Assembly: GCA_041662205.1 (NCBI GenBank)
Contig: JBAZSZ010000002.1
Span: 103,266-167,265, forward strand
Origin: Minisyncoccota bacterium
Lineage (GTDB): Bacteria; Patescibacteriota; Minisyncoccia; Phycocordibacterales; UBA9973
Length of the DNA stretch: 64,000 nt
Direction of reading: 5' to 3'
Under the pieces are notes generated by a model. The model ran no database searches. It had not been told where the DNA came from and saw only the letters and a program-made list of their open reading frames with translations. A program made the position numbers and the translations under genes. Below, piece after piece: positions 37,817-46,693 of the stretch (the first letter of the stretch is position 1; each line of letters begins with the position of its first letter).

Positions 37817-38869
37817 TTATTGGTTTTCTAAAAACTGAAAAATTTTTTCGTTGGTGAGGACATTTTCGGCGTGCATGCGGGCGCGTTCAGGGTCGGCGTC
37901 TTTGTAGTGTTCTAGGATTGCGGCGACTTCGTTGGCTACTTGTTCGTCGTCGGCGACTATTTTTTCCGCTTTAGCTATCTCATTTAAGATCAGAGCGAGT
38001 TTGGCTTTTTTTTCAGCATCAATTCTAAATTCTTTTCGCAAATCTTCTTTTGTTTTGTTTAAATGTTTTAAATAATCTTCAAATTTTAATCCCATTTGGG
38101 TGATGTCGGACTCCATGCGGTATAAGATTTTGTCTAATTCAACTTCCACTAAAATTTCAGGCAGATCCATAATACTACCTTCTACTATTTCTTCTATGAT
38201 TTTTAGACGAGTTTTTTCTTTTTGCCCGTTTTCTTTTTCTAATTTTATATTTTCTCTTAGTTTGGTTTTAAAATCTTCAACATCTTTGAAGGGGCCAAGC
38301 GCTTGCACAAAAGCATCATCGAATGTGGGGAGTTCTGGTTCTGGGTGTACATGTTCCTCACCTTCTTTGTGTTCATGCTCTGCCATATGCACCTTGGGTG
38401 CGCGAGATTTACGGATATCCATGATGGTATTTTCTAAATCTTCATCAGAGACAACGATATTTTTCTCAGCATCGGTAACACCTCCTATTTTTTTTGCAGC
38501 GTCTTTGTAGTCAGGAAGTTTTATTTCCGGTAAGATAGCAGTTTTTATTTTAAATCCTAGAGGATTATTACGCGCTAATTTTATGATAGAAATTTCTGGT
38601 CTACTTATGACGTCTAGTTTTTCATCGGTAATTATTTTGGGGTAATGTTCACCCAAAGCCATCTCTGCCATTTCTTCTAGGATGCTAATCTCTGGGATAT
38701 TAGAAAGCAAAACATTTTCAGGAACTTTGCCCTTTCTAAAACCATCTAATTTAACATTTTCACCAAGCTTTTTTAATGCTTTCGAATAATAAGACTCAAA
38801 AATTTCGGCTTCTAGTTCACCTTCAATTTCTACTTCACTTTTTGGAAGTTTGTTTACTGTTATTTTCAT
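37817..38869 (-). CDS. tig: Trigger factor lacking the PPIase domain
   Basis: GFRKGKVP ribosome-binding motif, then a His/Glu linker, then LPTFDDAFVQ and the C-terminal chaperone domain. Confidence 0.92.
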   Translation of the reverse strand: MKITVNKLPKSEVEIEGELEAEIFESYYSKALKKLGENVKLDGFRKGKVPENVLLSNIPEISILEEMAEMALGEHYPKIITDEKLDVISRPEISIIKLARNNPLGFKIKTAILPEIKLPDYKDAAKKIGGVTDAEKNIVVSDEDLENTIMDIRKSRAPKVHMAEHEHKEGEEHVHPEPELPTFDDAFVQALGPFKDVEDFKTKLRENIKLEKENGQKEKTRLKIIEEIVEGSIMDLPEILVEVELDKILYRMESDITQMGLKFEDYLKHLNKTKEDLRKEFRIDAEKKAKLALILNEIAKAEKIVADDEQVANEVAAILEHYKDADPERARMHAENVLTNEKIFQFLENQ

Positions 38870-38905
38870 AATTTTTAGTCTATATTTATTTATGTTTTTT
38901 GTCAA

Positions 38906-38945
38906 AAAAATAACCCCGTCGCTCGTGAGCGACGGGGTTATTTTA
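38906..38945. terminator. Intrinsic terminator upstream of tig
   Basis: AAAAATAACCCCGTCGCTC-GT-GAGCGACGGGGTTATTTTT. Confidence 0.85.
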
Positions 38946-38956
38946 ATTCTTAATTC

Positions 38957-39184
38957 CTAATTTACACTATTCACATCCACGCCAGTGTTAACATCTGTCG
39001 TTTGTATATCTGCTTCTAGGGTATTTAGATCAGCAGAATCTTGAGTAGTGACAGTCTCGGGTGTGACAGAACTTTTATTTGATTTCCACATAAATATTCC
39101 AGCGATAATAATAAGAATAATTATTACTATCCCAATTATCATTCCGTTTGATTTTTTTTCTGTTTCCATAGTTTTCCCCGACAT
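38957..39184 (-). CDS. Small single-TM protein
   Basis: 75 aa with an Ile-rich TM helix and acidic C-terminus. Confidence 0.7.
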   Translation of the reverse strand: MSGKTMETEKKSNGMIIGIVIIILIIIAGIFMWKSNKSSVTPETVTTQDSADLNTLEADIQTTDVNTGVDVNSVN

Positions 39185-39212
39185 AGCGAGGTAAGTTAAA
39201 TTTAATAATAAT

Positions 39213-40079
39213 TTATTGACTGTCGCTTCCTGAATTATTAGAATTATCTAATTTCAATTTATCTAATTCTATTTTTACTTCGTCTTTTAAAGATTTAACT
39301 GCATCTCTAAGTGCTTGATGAGCATCTTTAATAAGATTTTGAGTATCTTGTGCAAGAGTTACTAATTTAGCTTTTTCTGTTGCAGAAAGTTTATTAACTG
39401 AGGTTGCTAGAATTGTGTTTATTTCTGTAATTTTTACATTAGCAGTATTTAGTTTTGTTTCAGCTGTTGTTACAAAAGCTTTAGCGTTCGTAACATTTAC
39501 TCCCTTCAATGCTAGTTTGGCTATTTGATTGTTAATTCTATCTTTTAAATTATTCATTCTTGCAACTGCCGCATCAAATCTCTGTAATGCATTTTCTCTT
39601 CCAGAAATTCTTGTCTCGCCATCTAATTTTTTGGCTAAATTTTTTTCTCCTTTAAGGATAGATTTTAAATCCTCTAGTTTATTTTTTGCTACTTCACGTA
39701 GTGCCCTGTTTGCATCATCACCACTATCAGATGAATTGTCGATACGCACTCCAGCTGCATTAAAATCTCCTCTACCTTGGTCTGGGGTCCCATCATCATC
39801 ACCAGGAGTATTGTCTATGCGTACTCCAGCTGCATTAAAATCTCCTCTACCTTGGTCTGGGGTCCCATCATCACCAGGAGTATTATCTACACGTACTCCG
39901 GCAGCGTTGAAATCACCAGAACCTTGGTCAGGAGTTCCATCATCACTACCACCTCCACTACTACTAACGCCACTGGAAGAATTACCAGAACTTCCATCTT
40001 TTGCTTGAGAGTTATTTGCATTCATCATAAACACTAGCATTAAAACAATCACAAACAAACCTATATTTTTTTTCATCAT
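39213..40079 (-). CDS. Secreted protein with 3 acidic DDGTPDQG repeats and a helical C-terminal domain
   Basis: Signal peptide; DDGTPDQGxGDFNAAGVRxDN three times (~39735-39945). Confidence 0.8.
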   Translation of the reverse strand: MMKKNIGLFVIVLMLVFMMNANNSQAKDGSSGNSSSGVSSSGGGSDDGTPDQGSGDFNAAGVRVDNTPGDDGTPDQGRGDFNAAGVRIDNTPGDDDGTPDQGRGDFNAAGVRIDNSSDSGDDANRALREVAKNKLEDLKSILKGEKNLAKKLDGETRISGRENALQRFDAAVARMNNLKDRINNQIAKLALKGVNVTNAKAFVTTAETKLNTANVKITEINTILATSVNKLSATEKAKLVTLAQDTQNLIKDAHQALRDAVKSLKDEVKIELDKLKLDNSNNSGSDSQ

Positions 40080-40220
40080 AAATTTTTTAGATATTAATTA
40101 ATAATAATATTATTCTATTCTCAAACATCATCATTAATTTAACATTAATTTGATAATTGTTGATAAATAGAACCTCCTTTTTATATTTTATCAATAAAAC
40201 AACTAAAAACAATAGCAACT

Positions 40221-40805
40221 TTATTCGAAGTTTTTCGAGTAAATATCCGTATATCTTTGTTCACACTCCTTTAATACTTTCAAGGCTTCATTTTTATCAA
40301 AAAACCCTTTTATTATGGTAGTTCCAGGGTTTTTTAGGTGTTTATAGTATTCCCAAAAATGCGTAGTTTCTTTTTTAAATTGCTCTCCTAGATCATCGAT
40401 TGATTTGATGTGGTCGCTTCTTCGGTCATCAGATAAAACTGCGATGATCTTATCATCAATTTCTCCTCCATCTTCAAATTTCATTACACCGATAACACGA
40501 GCTTCAACCAAACATCCAGGGATGAGTGGTTCGGTAACATTGGCGATACAAATATCCAAAGGATCATTGTCATAGTCCCAAGTTTGCGGTATCGCTCCAT
40601 AGGAAAAAGGATAAGCAAGAGATGAGTAGCCGACTCGATCTAGCTTGAGTTGCCCAGATTCGGTAATTATTTCATATTTACTAATAGCGCCAGAATTTAT
40701 TTCAACAATAGTATTAACAACATCACTTTTTTCTTCTACAAATGTAGGAAGAACATGCAACAAATTGAGCATAAATTTTGAAGGTTTGTGATTTATGTTT
40801 GCCAT
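40221..40805 (-). CDS. ppa: Inorganic pyrophosphatase (family I)
   Basis: KYE...LDRV...YPFSYGAIPQT, DNDPLD, DGGEIDDKIIAV. Confidence 0.95.
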   Translation of the reverse strand: MANINHKPSKFMLNLLHVLPTFVEEKSDVVNTIVEINSGAISKYEIITESGQLKLDRVGYSSLAYPFSYGAIPQTWDYDNDPLDICIANVTEPLIPGCLVEARVIGVMKFEDGGEIDDKIIAVLSDDRRSDHIKSIDDLGEQFKKETTHFWEYYKHLKNPGTTIIKGFFDKNEALKVLKECEQRYTDIYSKNFE

Positions 40806-40893
40806 AATTTTTATTATATCAACAAGAGAGGATCAAAGCAAAGCTTGCTTTTGTTTTGTCCGAGCGCCGTTGATATATGGTAATCCATATATT

Positions 40894-42057
40894 TTATTCC
40901 TCAATTTTTTCAACTGTAGAAGAAGTTTGAGCTTCGATGGGGGTAGTTGCTTCATCACCCTTGATATCTATCCTCCAGCCGGTGAGCTTGGCAGCGAGAC
41001 GTACGTTTTGTCCACCTTTACCGATAGCGAGGGACAGCTGATCATTGGCTACTTCTACAATGGCTTTGTGCTCCTTTTCATCTATCACAATTGAAATAAC
41101 TTTTGCTGGGGAAAGGGAATTAGAAACAAATTGGATGGGATTTTCGGACCAAGGAATGATATCAATTTTTTCTCCAGAAAGCTCTGTGGTAATAGTATTT
41201 ACTCGAGTTCCTTTTTGTCCGACACAAGAACCGACTGGGTCAATATGTTCATCGTTTGAAAAAACTGCAATTTTTGTACGGGCGCCTGCTTCACGGGCAA
41301 CAGATTTTATTTCCACTATACCGTTTTCTATTTCTGGTGCTTCGATGGAAAAAAGTTTTTCTACAAATTTAGGATGAGTGCGTGAAAGACGCAAGTTGAT
41401 ACCTCGATGAGTGTCTTCTACGCTATAAAGGTAAGCTCTTATTCTTTGTCCTCGAGTCCAATATTCTCCAGGAATTTGTTCTTCGGCTGGCAAGATTCCT
41501 GTCGCTCTATTGAAATCTACATAGACATTTCCTCTTTCTACTTTTTGAACTATACCAGAGATGACTTCTCCTTCTTTGGTGCCGTATTCGTCAATAATAG
41601 AAGTACGTTCCGCTTCGCGGATTTTCTGGATGATGACTTGCTTGGCAGTTTGTGCGGCGATACGTCCATAATCATCTTTTTGTTCTAGTGGGAAAATGAT
41701 TTCATCATTGAGTTCTGCCCCTTTTTTTATTTTTTTTGCGTCTTCGAGAAGAATGTGATGTTCGGAATTAAAATGTACTCGTTCATCCATGTCATCTTTT
41801 ATGGAATATTCCCCACTTTCTTTTTCGTCATCCATGATAGCGATACTTTCATCAACCACGATTTTTACTTGGAAGAAATCTGTTTTACCAGTTTCCATAT
41901 CAAATTTGGCTCGGATGATTTGTCCTTTTTTACCGTAATCTTTTTTATAAGCAGCAGCCATGGCCTGTTCTATTGCTTCTAATATTTTTGCTTTTGGAAT
42001 TTTCCTTTCTTCTTCCAATTGTTCTAACGCTGATTTGAATGTTTTTATGTCTAACAT
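40894..42057 (-). CDS. nusA: Transcription termination/antitermination factor NusA
   Basis: GRIAAQTAKQVI, AREAGARTKIAV, DPVGSCVG, SLAIGKGGQNVRLAAKLTGW. Confidence 0.98.
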   Translation of the reverse strand: MLDIKTFKSALEQLEEERKIPKAKILEAIEQAMAAAYKKDYGKKGQIIRAKFDMETGKTDFFQVKIVVDESIAIMDDEKESGEYSIKDDMDERVHFNSEHHILLEDAKKIKKGAELNDEIIFPLEQKDDYGRIAAQTAKQVIIQKIREAERTSIIDEYGTKEGEVISGIVQKVERGNVYVDFNRATGILPAEEQIPGEYWTRGQRIRAYLYSVEDTHRGINLRLSRTHPKFVEKLFSIEAPEIENGIVEIKSVAREAGARTKIAVFSNDEHIDPVGSCVGQKGTRVNTITTELSGEKIDIIPWSENPIQFVSNSLSPAKVISIVIDEKEHKAIVEVANDQLSLAIGKGGQNVRLAAKLTGWRIDIKGDEATTPIEAQTSSTVEKIEE

Positions 42058-42081
42058 ATTATTATTTTATTAAGTTTTATT

Positions 42082-42147
42082 AAAAAAAGCCCTGTGGCTA
42101 CAGGACTCATACCAGAAAATAGTACCATAAGAGTGATTTTTATGCAA
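42082..42147 (-). promoter_or_regulatory. nusA promoter followed by a terminator hairpin inside the leader
   Basis: Minus strand: TTGCAT, 17 bp, TACTAT (extended TG), then AGTCCTGT-AGCC-ACAGGGCT plus T7, 24 nt before the ATG. Confidence 0.7.
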
Positions 42148-42214
42148 ACACAATAGAGTTATCCACACCTCTGATTCACCCTTTTTCTTTTTTGTTCTAT
42201 ACTTATCTTAACTT

Positions 42215-42505
42215 ATGAATAAAAATCAAAAGGTCGCAATAATTATTTTGATTGTCATCTTTTTAGGTTTGTTTATCTTTTATTTTATCTTCCGTTCAAA
42301 ATCTCCTCCACCACCACTTACCGAAGCAGAAGTAAGACAAGCTCTCATTGATTCCACAACTGCTCCCATCACCTCAATTCCAATGAACCCAAAAGAAATA
42401 AAGCAACTCATAGATTCCACTACTGCCCCAACACAAAAACAAACACCAGCATTAAAAACAAAACAACCATTAACAGCAAATAAATATAAATATAATGAAA
42501 ACTAA
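42215..42505 (+). CDS. Small membrane-anchored protein with a duplicated LIDSTTAP motif
   Basis: N-terminal TM; QALIDSTTAP / QLIDSTTAP. Confidence 0.65.
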   Translation: MNKNQKVAIIILIVIFLGLFIFYFIFRSKSPPPPLTEAEVRQALIDSTTAPITSIPMNPKEIKQLIDSTTAPTQKQTPALKTKQPLTANKYKYNEN

Positions 42506-43370
42506 AATAATCCAAAATATAAAATCAATCATCTTAGCCTTAATTTTAGTACTTGGTGTAAGTTATGTTTCTGCTTTTAGTACTTGGGTTAATCCAACTT
42601 CAACTCCACCTAATAATAATGCTGATACACCACTTAATGTAGGTAATACTGGTCAAATAAAGGTTGGAGGTTTGACGCTGAACACAGGTGGGGCTCCTAA
42701 TGGTCTTATTGTACAAAGTGGTAAGGTGGGTATCGGGGTAGCGAGTCCAGCTCAAAAATTGGATGTAGCTGGAACAATTCAAGCTACTGGATTAAAGATT
42801 ACAACTGGTGCAACTGCGGGAAAAGTTCTGACTTCTGACGCATTAGGTGTAGCGACTTGGCAGGCAGCAGCAGCGGGAAGCGGAGATAATCTAGGTAATC
42901 ATGTAGCGACCCAAGCATTAAATATGAATAATAATGTTATCACTAGGCAGGCCTCGGGTGATTTCAATACTGTTGAACTTCAAAGTGGTTCCGATCGAAT
43001 TAGCTTTGATAATGGTTCTTATAATGGAGAAACAGTTTTTGCAGCGCTTATTAACGAAGGACCTTACCCAATACAGAGAAGAGGGAGTTTGAATTGTCCA
43101 GCTGGGCAGGCTATTCGTACAATTGGTGTAAATGGAAGTGCGACGTGTGTTGATGTGGGAGCAACTACAACAAGTGTTACTTTGACAAATTGTGAGTGGA
43201 CTGCATGGGAATACAATGCTACTGGCGCCAATGTTAAAGGTGCTGGCTTGGGCCCAACATATTGTCCAGCTGGAAAAATTGCAAGTGGGTTTGATCTGGA
43301 TGGTTCTTCAAACAATGATAACGAATCTGTTTTTCAAAGAATGTATTGTTGTTCAATGAGTTTCCAATAA
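42495..43370 (+). CDS. Secreted fibre/adhesin-like protein
   Basis: Signal peptide; PTSTPPNNNADTPLNVG, GKVGIG...P.QKLDVAG, GKVLTSDA.G.ATW; Cys-rich C-terminus. Confidence 0.75.
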   Translation: MKTKIIQNIKSIILALILVLGVSYVSAFSTWVNPTSTPPNNNADTPLNVGNTGQIKVGGLTLNTGGAPNGLIVQSGKVGIGVASPAQKLDVAGTIQATGLKITTGATAGKVLTSDALGVATWQAAAAGSGDNLGNHVATQALNMNNNVITRQASGDFNTVELQSGSDRISFDNGSYNGETVFAALINEGPYPIQRRGSLNCPAGQAIRTIGVNGSATCVDVGATTTSVTLTNCEWTAWEYNATGANVKGAGLGPTYCPAGKIASGFDLDGSSNNDNESVFQRMYCCSMSFQ

Positions 43371-43389
43371 TCTTTGGTTTAATAAAATA

Positions 43390-44763
43390 ATGAAAATTTC
43401 TTTTTTAAAAATTATTTTTGTTTTAGCATTTATTTTTTGTTTTTCTCCTTTTCTGGCTTCGGCAAGTGTTACAGACAATATGTCAGGTTATGCTTGGTCC
43501 TCAAATATCGGTTGGATTAGTTTTAATTGTACGAACAATAATAGCTGTGCGACTTCAAATTATGGTGTTAATAAAGATGCAAGTGGTAATCTTGTAGGAT
43601 ATGCTTGGTCACCAAATATCGGTTGGATCCAATTTGGTGGGCTTTCTAGTTTTCCAATTGGATCTGGAACGCAATCAATAAATGCAAAGATAAATGGTAA
43701 CAATTTACAAGGTTGGGCAAAAGCACCTTCTGCTAGTGACGGTAGTAGTGGCTGGGATGGCTGGATTTCTTTATCTGGCGCAGGTCCAAATTATGGGGTA
43801 ATTTTGACTGGTAATGATTTTTCTGGTTATGCATGGGGGAGTGAGGTAATAGGTTGGATCAACTTTGTTAGCGTTGCGGTTGATGCTGGACCTATTATGT
43901 CAGGTACTCTAACCCCAGCCACTTCTTCCTGCGTCATTGCTTCGGGGGCAAGTACTTGTACGGTAAACCTAAGTTGGTCTATCGTAAATCCAGTAGGAAC
44001 TCCCACCGCTATTACCGCTAATGGTATGACTAATGTGAATGTGACCAATACCCTAGTAACCCCTCAGTCAGGAGGCCCTCTAGCCTTAACTGTTCCTTGG
44101 GGAGGTAGGATATTTTATCTTTACAACAACAATGTTCTTTTAGCTCAAAGTACAGTTAATTCAACTTCTGTAACTTGCGTAGCAGGAACTAGTTGGGATG
44201 AAACGAAGTGTGCTCCATCTATTTGCACCCCAACTCCTCCAGGCTTTACTGGAAGCGTAAGTCCATCTTCGGTTGCTGTTGGAGGGGCATACACATTATC
44301 TTGTGACTATGGAGTTAATTCTTGGTACATTTTCCCTACTGTTGGTTCTGGTTCGTGTGAATGGGTTAATACTGAAGGAACAAAAGGGAATTTCAATTGT
44401 ACTGCCGGTTCGAGTACTGGAACTTTTAGTAATAATTGTGTCATTTATAATACCCCAACAGACACAGACCCATCCCATGGTGGTCAGTATTGTACAAGCA
44501 CTAATGCTATAAATAGTCTTACGGTTACCGCTGATGGTAGTGGTAATTGTACTGATGGTATTCAAAATGGAAATGAAACTGGTATTGACACTGGTGGTCG
44601 TTGTACTGGTAGCAGTAATACCTGTTCTGATCCTAGTGAGCACTATTTATGTGGTGATGGCAACCCTGGCACAAATCAAACAAGTAGTCCTACTAAATGG
44701 TCTTGGAGGTGTGGTTCAACCCTTTGTTCAGAAAAGAAAATTCCAGGGTTTATAGAGAATTAA
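43390..44763 (+). CDS. Secreted Cys/Gly-rich surface protein with GYAWS..IGWI repeats
   Basis: Signal peptide; repeated GYAWSxxIGWIxF; CTDGIQNGNETGIDTGG module. Confidence 0.8.
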   Translation: MKISFLKIIFVLAFIFCFSPFLASASVTDNMSGYAWSSNIGWISFNCTNNNSCATSNYGVNKDASGNLVGYAWSPNIGWIQFGGLSSFPIGSGTQSINAKINGNNLQGWAKAPSASDGSSGWDGWISLSGAGPNYGVILTGNDFSGYAWGSEVIGWINFVSVAVDAGPIMSGTLTPATSSCVIASGASTCTVNLSWSIVNPVGTPTAITANGMTNVNVTNTLVTPQSGGPLALTVPWGGRIFYLYNNNVLLAQSTVNSTSVTCVAGTSWDETKCAPSICTPTPPGFTGSVSPSSVAVGGAYTLSCDYGVNSWYIFPTVGSGSCEWVNTEGTKGNFNCTAGSSTGTFSNNCVIYNTPTDTDPSHGGQYCTSTNAINSLTVTADGSGNCTDGIQNGNETGIDTGGRCTGSSNTCSDPSEHYLCGDGNPGTNQTSSPTKWSWRCGSTLCSEKKIPGFIEN

Positions 44764-44775
44764 GAAAGATTTACT

Positions 44776-44815
44776 TATAGCAAAAAATTCCCCTAGCAGG
44801 GAATTTTTTGCTATA
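44776..44815 (+). terminator. Intrinsic terminator overlapping the pilB -10 element
   Basis: TATAGCAAAAAATTCCC-CTAGCA-GGGAATTTTTTGCTATA. Confidence 0.8.
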
Positions 44816-44824
44816 CTAGTAACA

Positions 44825-46597
44825 ATGCAAATTAACGAAGAACAATTAAAGAAATTTATTTTAGATGAAGGGTTGGTATCTGAAACAGATCTCAAGGATG
44901 CATTTAAAAAAGCTGAAATTAAAAAACAAAAAATTGGGGACGTTTTATTTTCAGATGGGAAAATATCTGAAACTGATTTAAAGCGAATAGAGGCTTATGT
45001 TTTAGGAATACCATTCGTTAGTTTGAATGATAAAAAAATAGATTTTTCTGTTCTTTCTTTTGTGCCTGAACCAATTGCGCGCAATTATAATATTGTCGCT
45101 TATAAAAAAAGTGAAAACAGCTTAGAGGTGGCGATGCTTGATGTTGATGACCTGCCGGTGATTGATTTTATTAAAAAACGTTCCGGCTTAAAAATTTTAC
45201 CTAGGTTAACAGATACAGCTTCTATCAGATCTGTCTTGGTTCAGTATCGACAAAGTTTAGAATCTGAATTTCGAGATATTATTCAAAAAGAAAATGCTAC
45301 TTTAAATAATTCTTTAGGAGAAGACAGTGAAGGTTCTGCAGAAAAAACTGGTGAAAAGTCTGAATTGGAATTAAAACAAATGGCAGAGGATCTGCCAGTG
45401 GTAAAAATAGTAGATTCTTTAATTTTTCATGCAATTTTACAAAATGCGTCCGACATTCATATTGAGCCTGGAGAACATGAGCTCACTGTGCGTTACCGAA
45501 TAGATGGAATCTTGCATGACGCCATGGTCCTTGAGAAAAATGCTGGTTCAGGGATAACTGCGCGTATCAAAGTATTAGCCAATTTAAAATTGGATGAAAA
45601 AAGATTGCCCCAAGACGGCAGATTTAAAATAGAACAAAATGGAGAAAAAATTTCTTTTCGTGTTTCTACTCTACCTACTTTTTTTGGAGAGAAGACAGTG
45701 ATCAGAATTTTAAAAGAAAACACCCATGGTTTTTCTTTAGAAGCGCTTGGTTTTCATGGTGAAGGATTAGAGCGAATACATAACTCATTGAAACAAAAAA
45801 CTGGGATGGTGCTCGCTACTGGTCCGACCGGAAGTGGAAAGACGACTACGCTTTATACTTTGCTTGATATTTTAAATAGACCAGAAGTTAATATTTCAAC
45901 AGTAGAAGATCCTGTCGAATATCAAATGCCTAGAGTCAATCAAACACAGGTTAAACCAGAGATTGGTTTAACTTTTGCCAACGGGCTTCGTTCATTATTG
46001 CGTCAAGATCCGGACATTGTAATGGTGGGAGAAATTCGTGATGGAGAAACAGCTGGATTGGCTATCAATGCTTCGCTTACAGGTCACTTAGTTCTTTCTA
46101 CTATTCATACCAACTCAGCTTCTGGTGCAATTCCAAGACTTATAGATATGGGAGTGGAGCCTTTTTTGATAACCGCCACTGTGAAAACAATTCTAGCTCA
46201 AAGACTAGTGCGTCGACTTACAGCTAATAAAGAAAAATATTTCCTGTCTGATGTAGAGATAAAAAATCTTGCAAAGGTTGTCGATTTAGATAGAGTGTTA
46301 GATTTTTTAAAAATTGAAAAAATTGTGAGTGAAAAAGATGATTGGGAAAAAATTCCTTTTTATAAAGCGATAAAAAATGCTGAATTTGAAGATGGATATT
46401 CGGGTCGGGTTGGGATGCATGAAGTATTAAAAGTTACACCCACTATCAAAGAAATGATTATTAAGGGAAGTTCTCAGGATGATATAGAGGCGCAAGCAAA
46501 AAAAGAAGGAATGATGACTATGATTGAGGATGGAGTTTTCCAAGCAGTATTGGGTTTAACTACCCTTGAAGAAGTGTTCCGAGTTGTTTCAGAATAG
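44825..46597 (+). CDS. pilB: Type IV pilus assembly ATPase PilB/GspE
   Basis: ASDIHIEP, RLPQDGR, TGPTGSGKTTTLY, EDPVEY, LRQDPDIVMVGEIRD, TGHLVLSTIHTN. Confidence 0.95.
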   Translation: MQINEEQLKKFILDEGLVSETDLKDAFKKAEIKKQKIGDVLFSDGKISETDLKRIEAYVLGIPFVSLNDKKIDFSVLSFVPEPIARNYNIVAYKKSENSLEVAMLDVDDLPVIDFIKKRSGLKILPRLTDTASIRSVLVQYRQSLESEFRDIIQKENATLNNSLGEDSEGSAEKTGEKSELELKQMAEDLPVVKIVDSLIFHAILQNASDIHIEPGEHELTVRYRIDGILHDAMVLEKNAGSGITARIKVLANLKLDEKRLPQDGRFKIEQNGEKISFRVSTLPTFFGEKTVIRILKENTHGFSLEALGFHGEGLERIHNSLKQKTGMVLATGPTGSGKTTTLYTLLDILNRPEVNISTVEDPVEYQMPRVNQTQVKPEIGLTFANGLRSLLRQDPDIVMVGEIRDGETAGLAINASLTGHLVLSTIHTNSASGAIPRLIDMGVEPFLITATVKTILAQRLVRRLTANKEKYFLSDVEIKNLAKVVDLDRVLDFLKIEKIVSEKDDWEKIPFYKAIKNAEFEDGYSGRVGMHEVLKVTPTIKEMIIKGSSQDDIEAQAKKEGMMTMIEDGVFQAVLGLTTLEEVFRVVSE

Positions 46598-46605
46598 TTA
46601 GTTGC

Positions 46606-46683
46606 GCTTCTTCCAATTTTTCTTCGGCTCATCCTTCTCGGAGTACCGAGCGGGACCCTACCGAAAGAAAAATTGGAAGAAGC
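46606..46683. repeat. Hairpin element (family D, single copy) between pilB and pilC
   Basis: Arms GCTTCTTCCAATTTTTCTTCGG / CCGAAAGAAAAATTGGAAGAAGC; core CTCATCCTTCTCGGAGTACCGAGCGGGACCCTA. Confidence 0.8.
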
Positions 46684-46693
46684 TTTACAAAAA

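Noticed and set aside
37373-39945. 84-bp and ~72-75-bp repeats as CRISPR arrays or mobile DNA
   Set aside because: The periods are multiples of 3 and lie inside signal-peptide ORFs, so they are protein repeats
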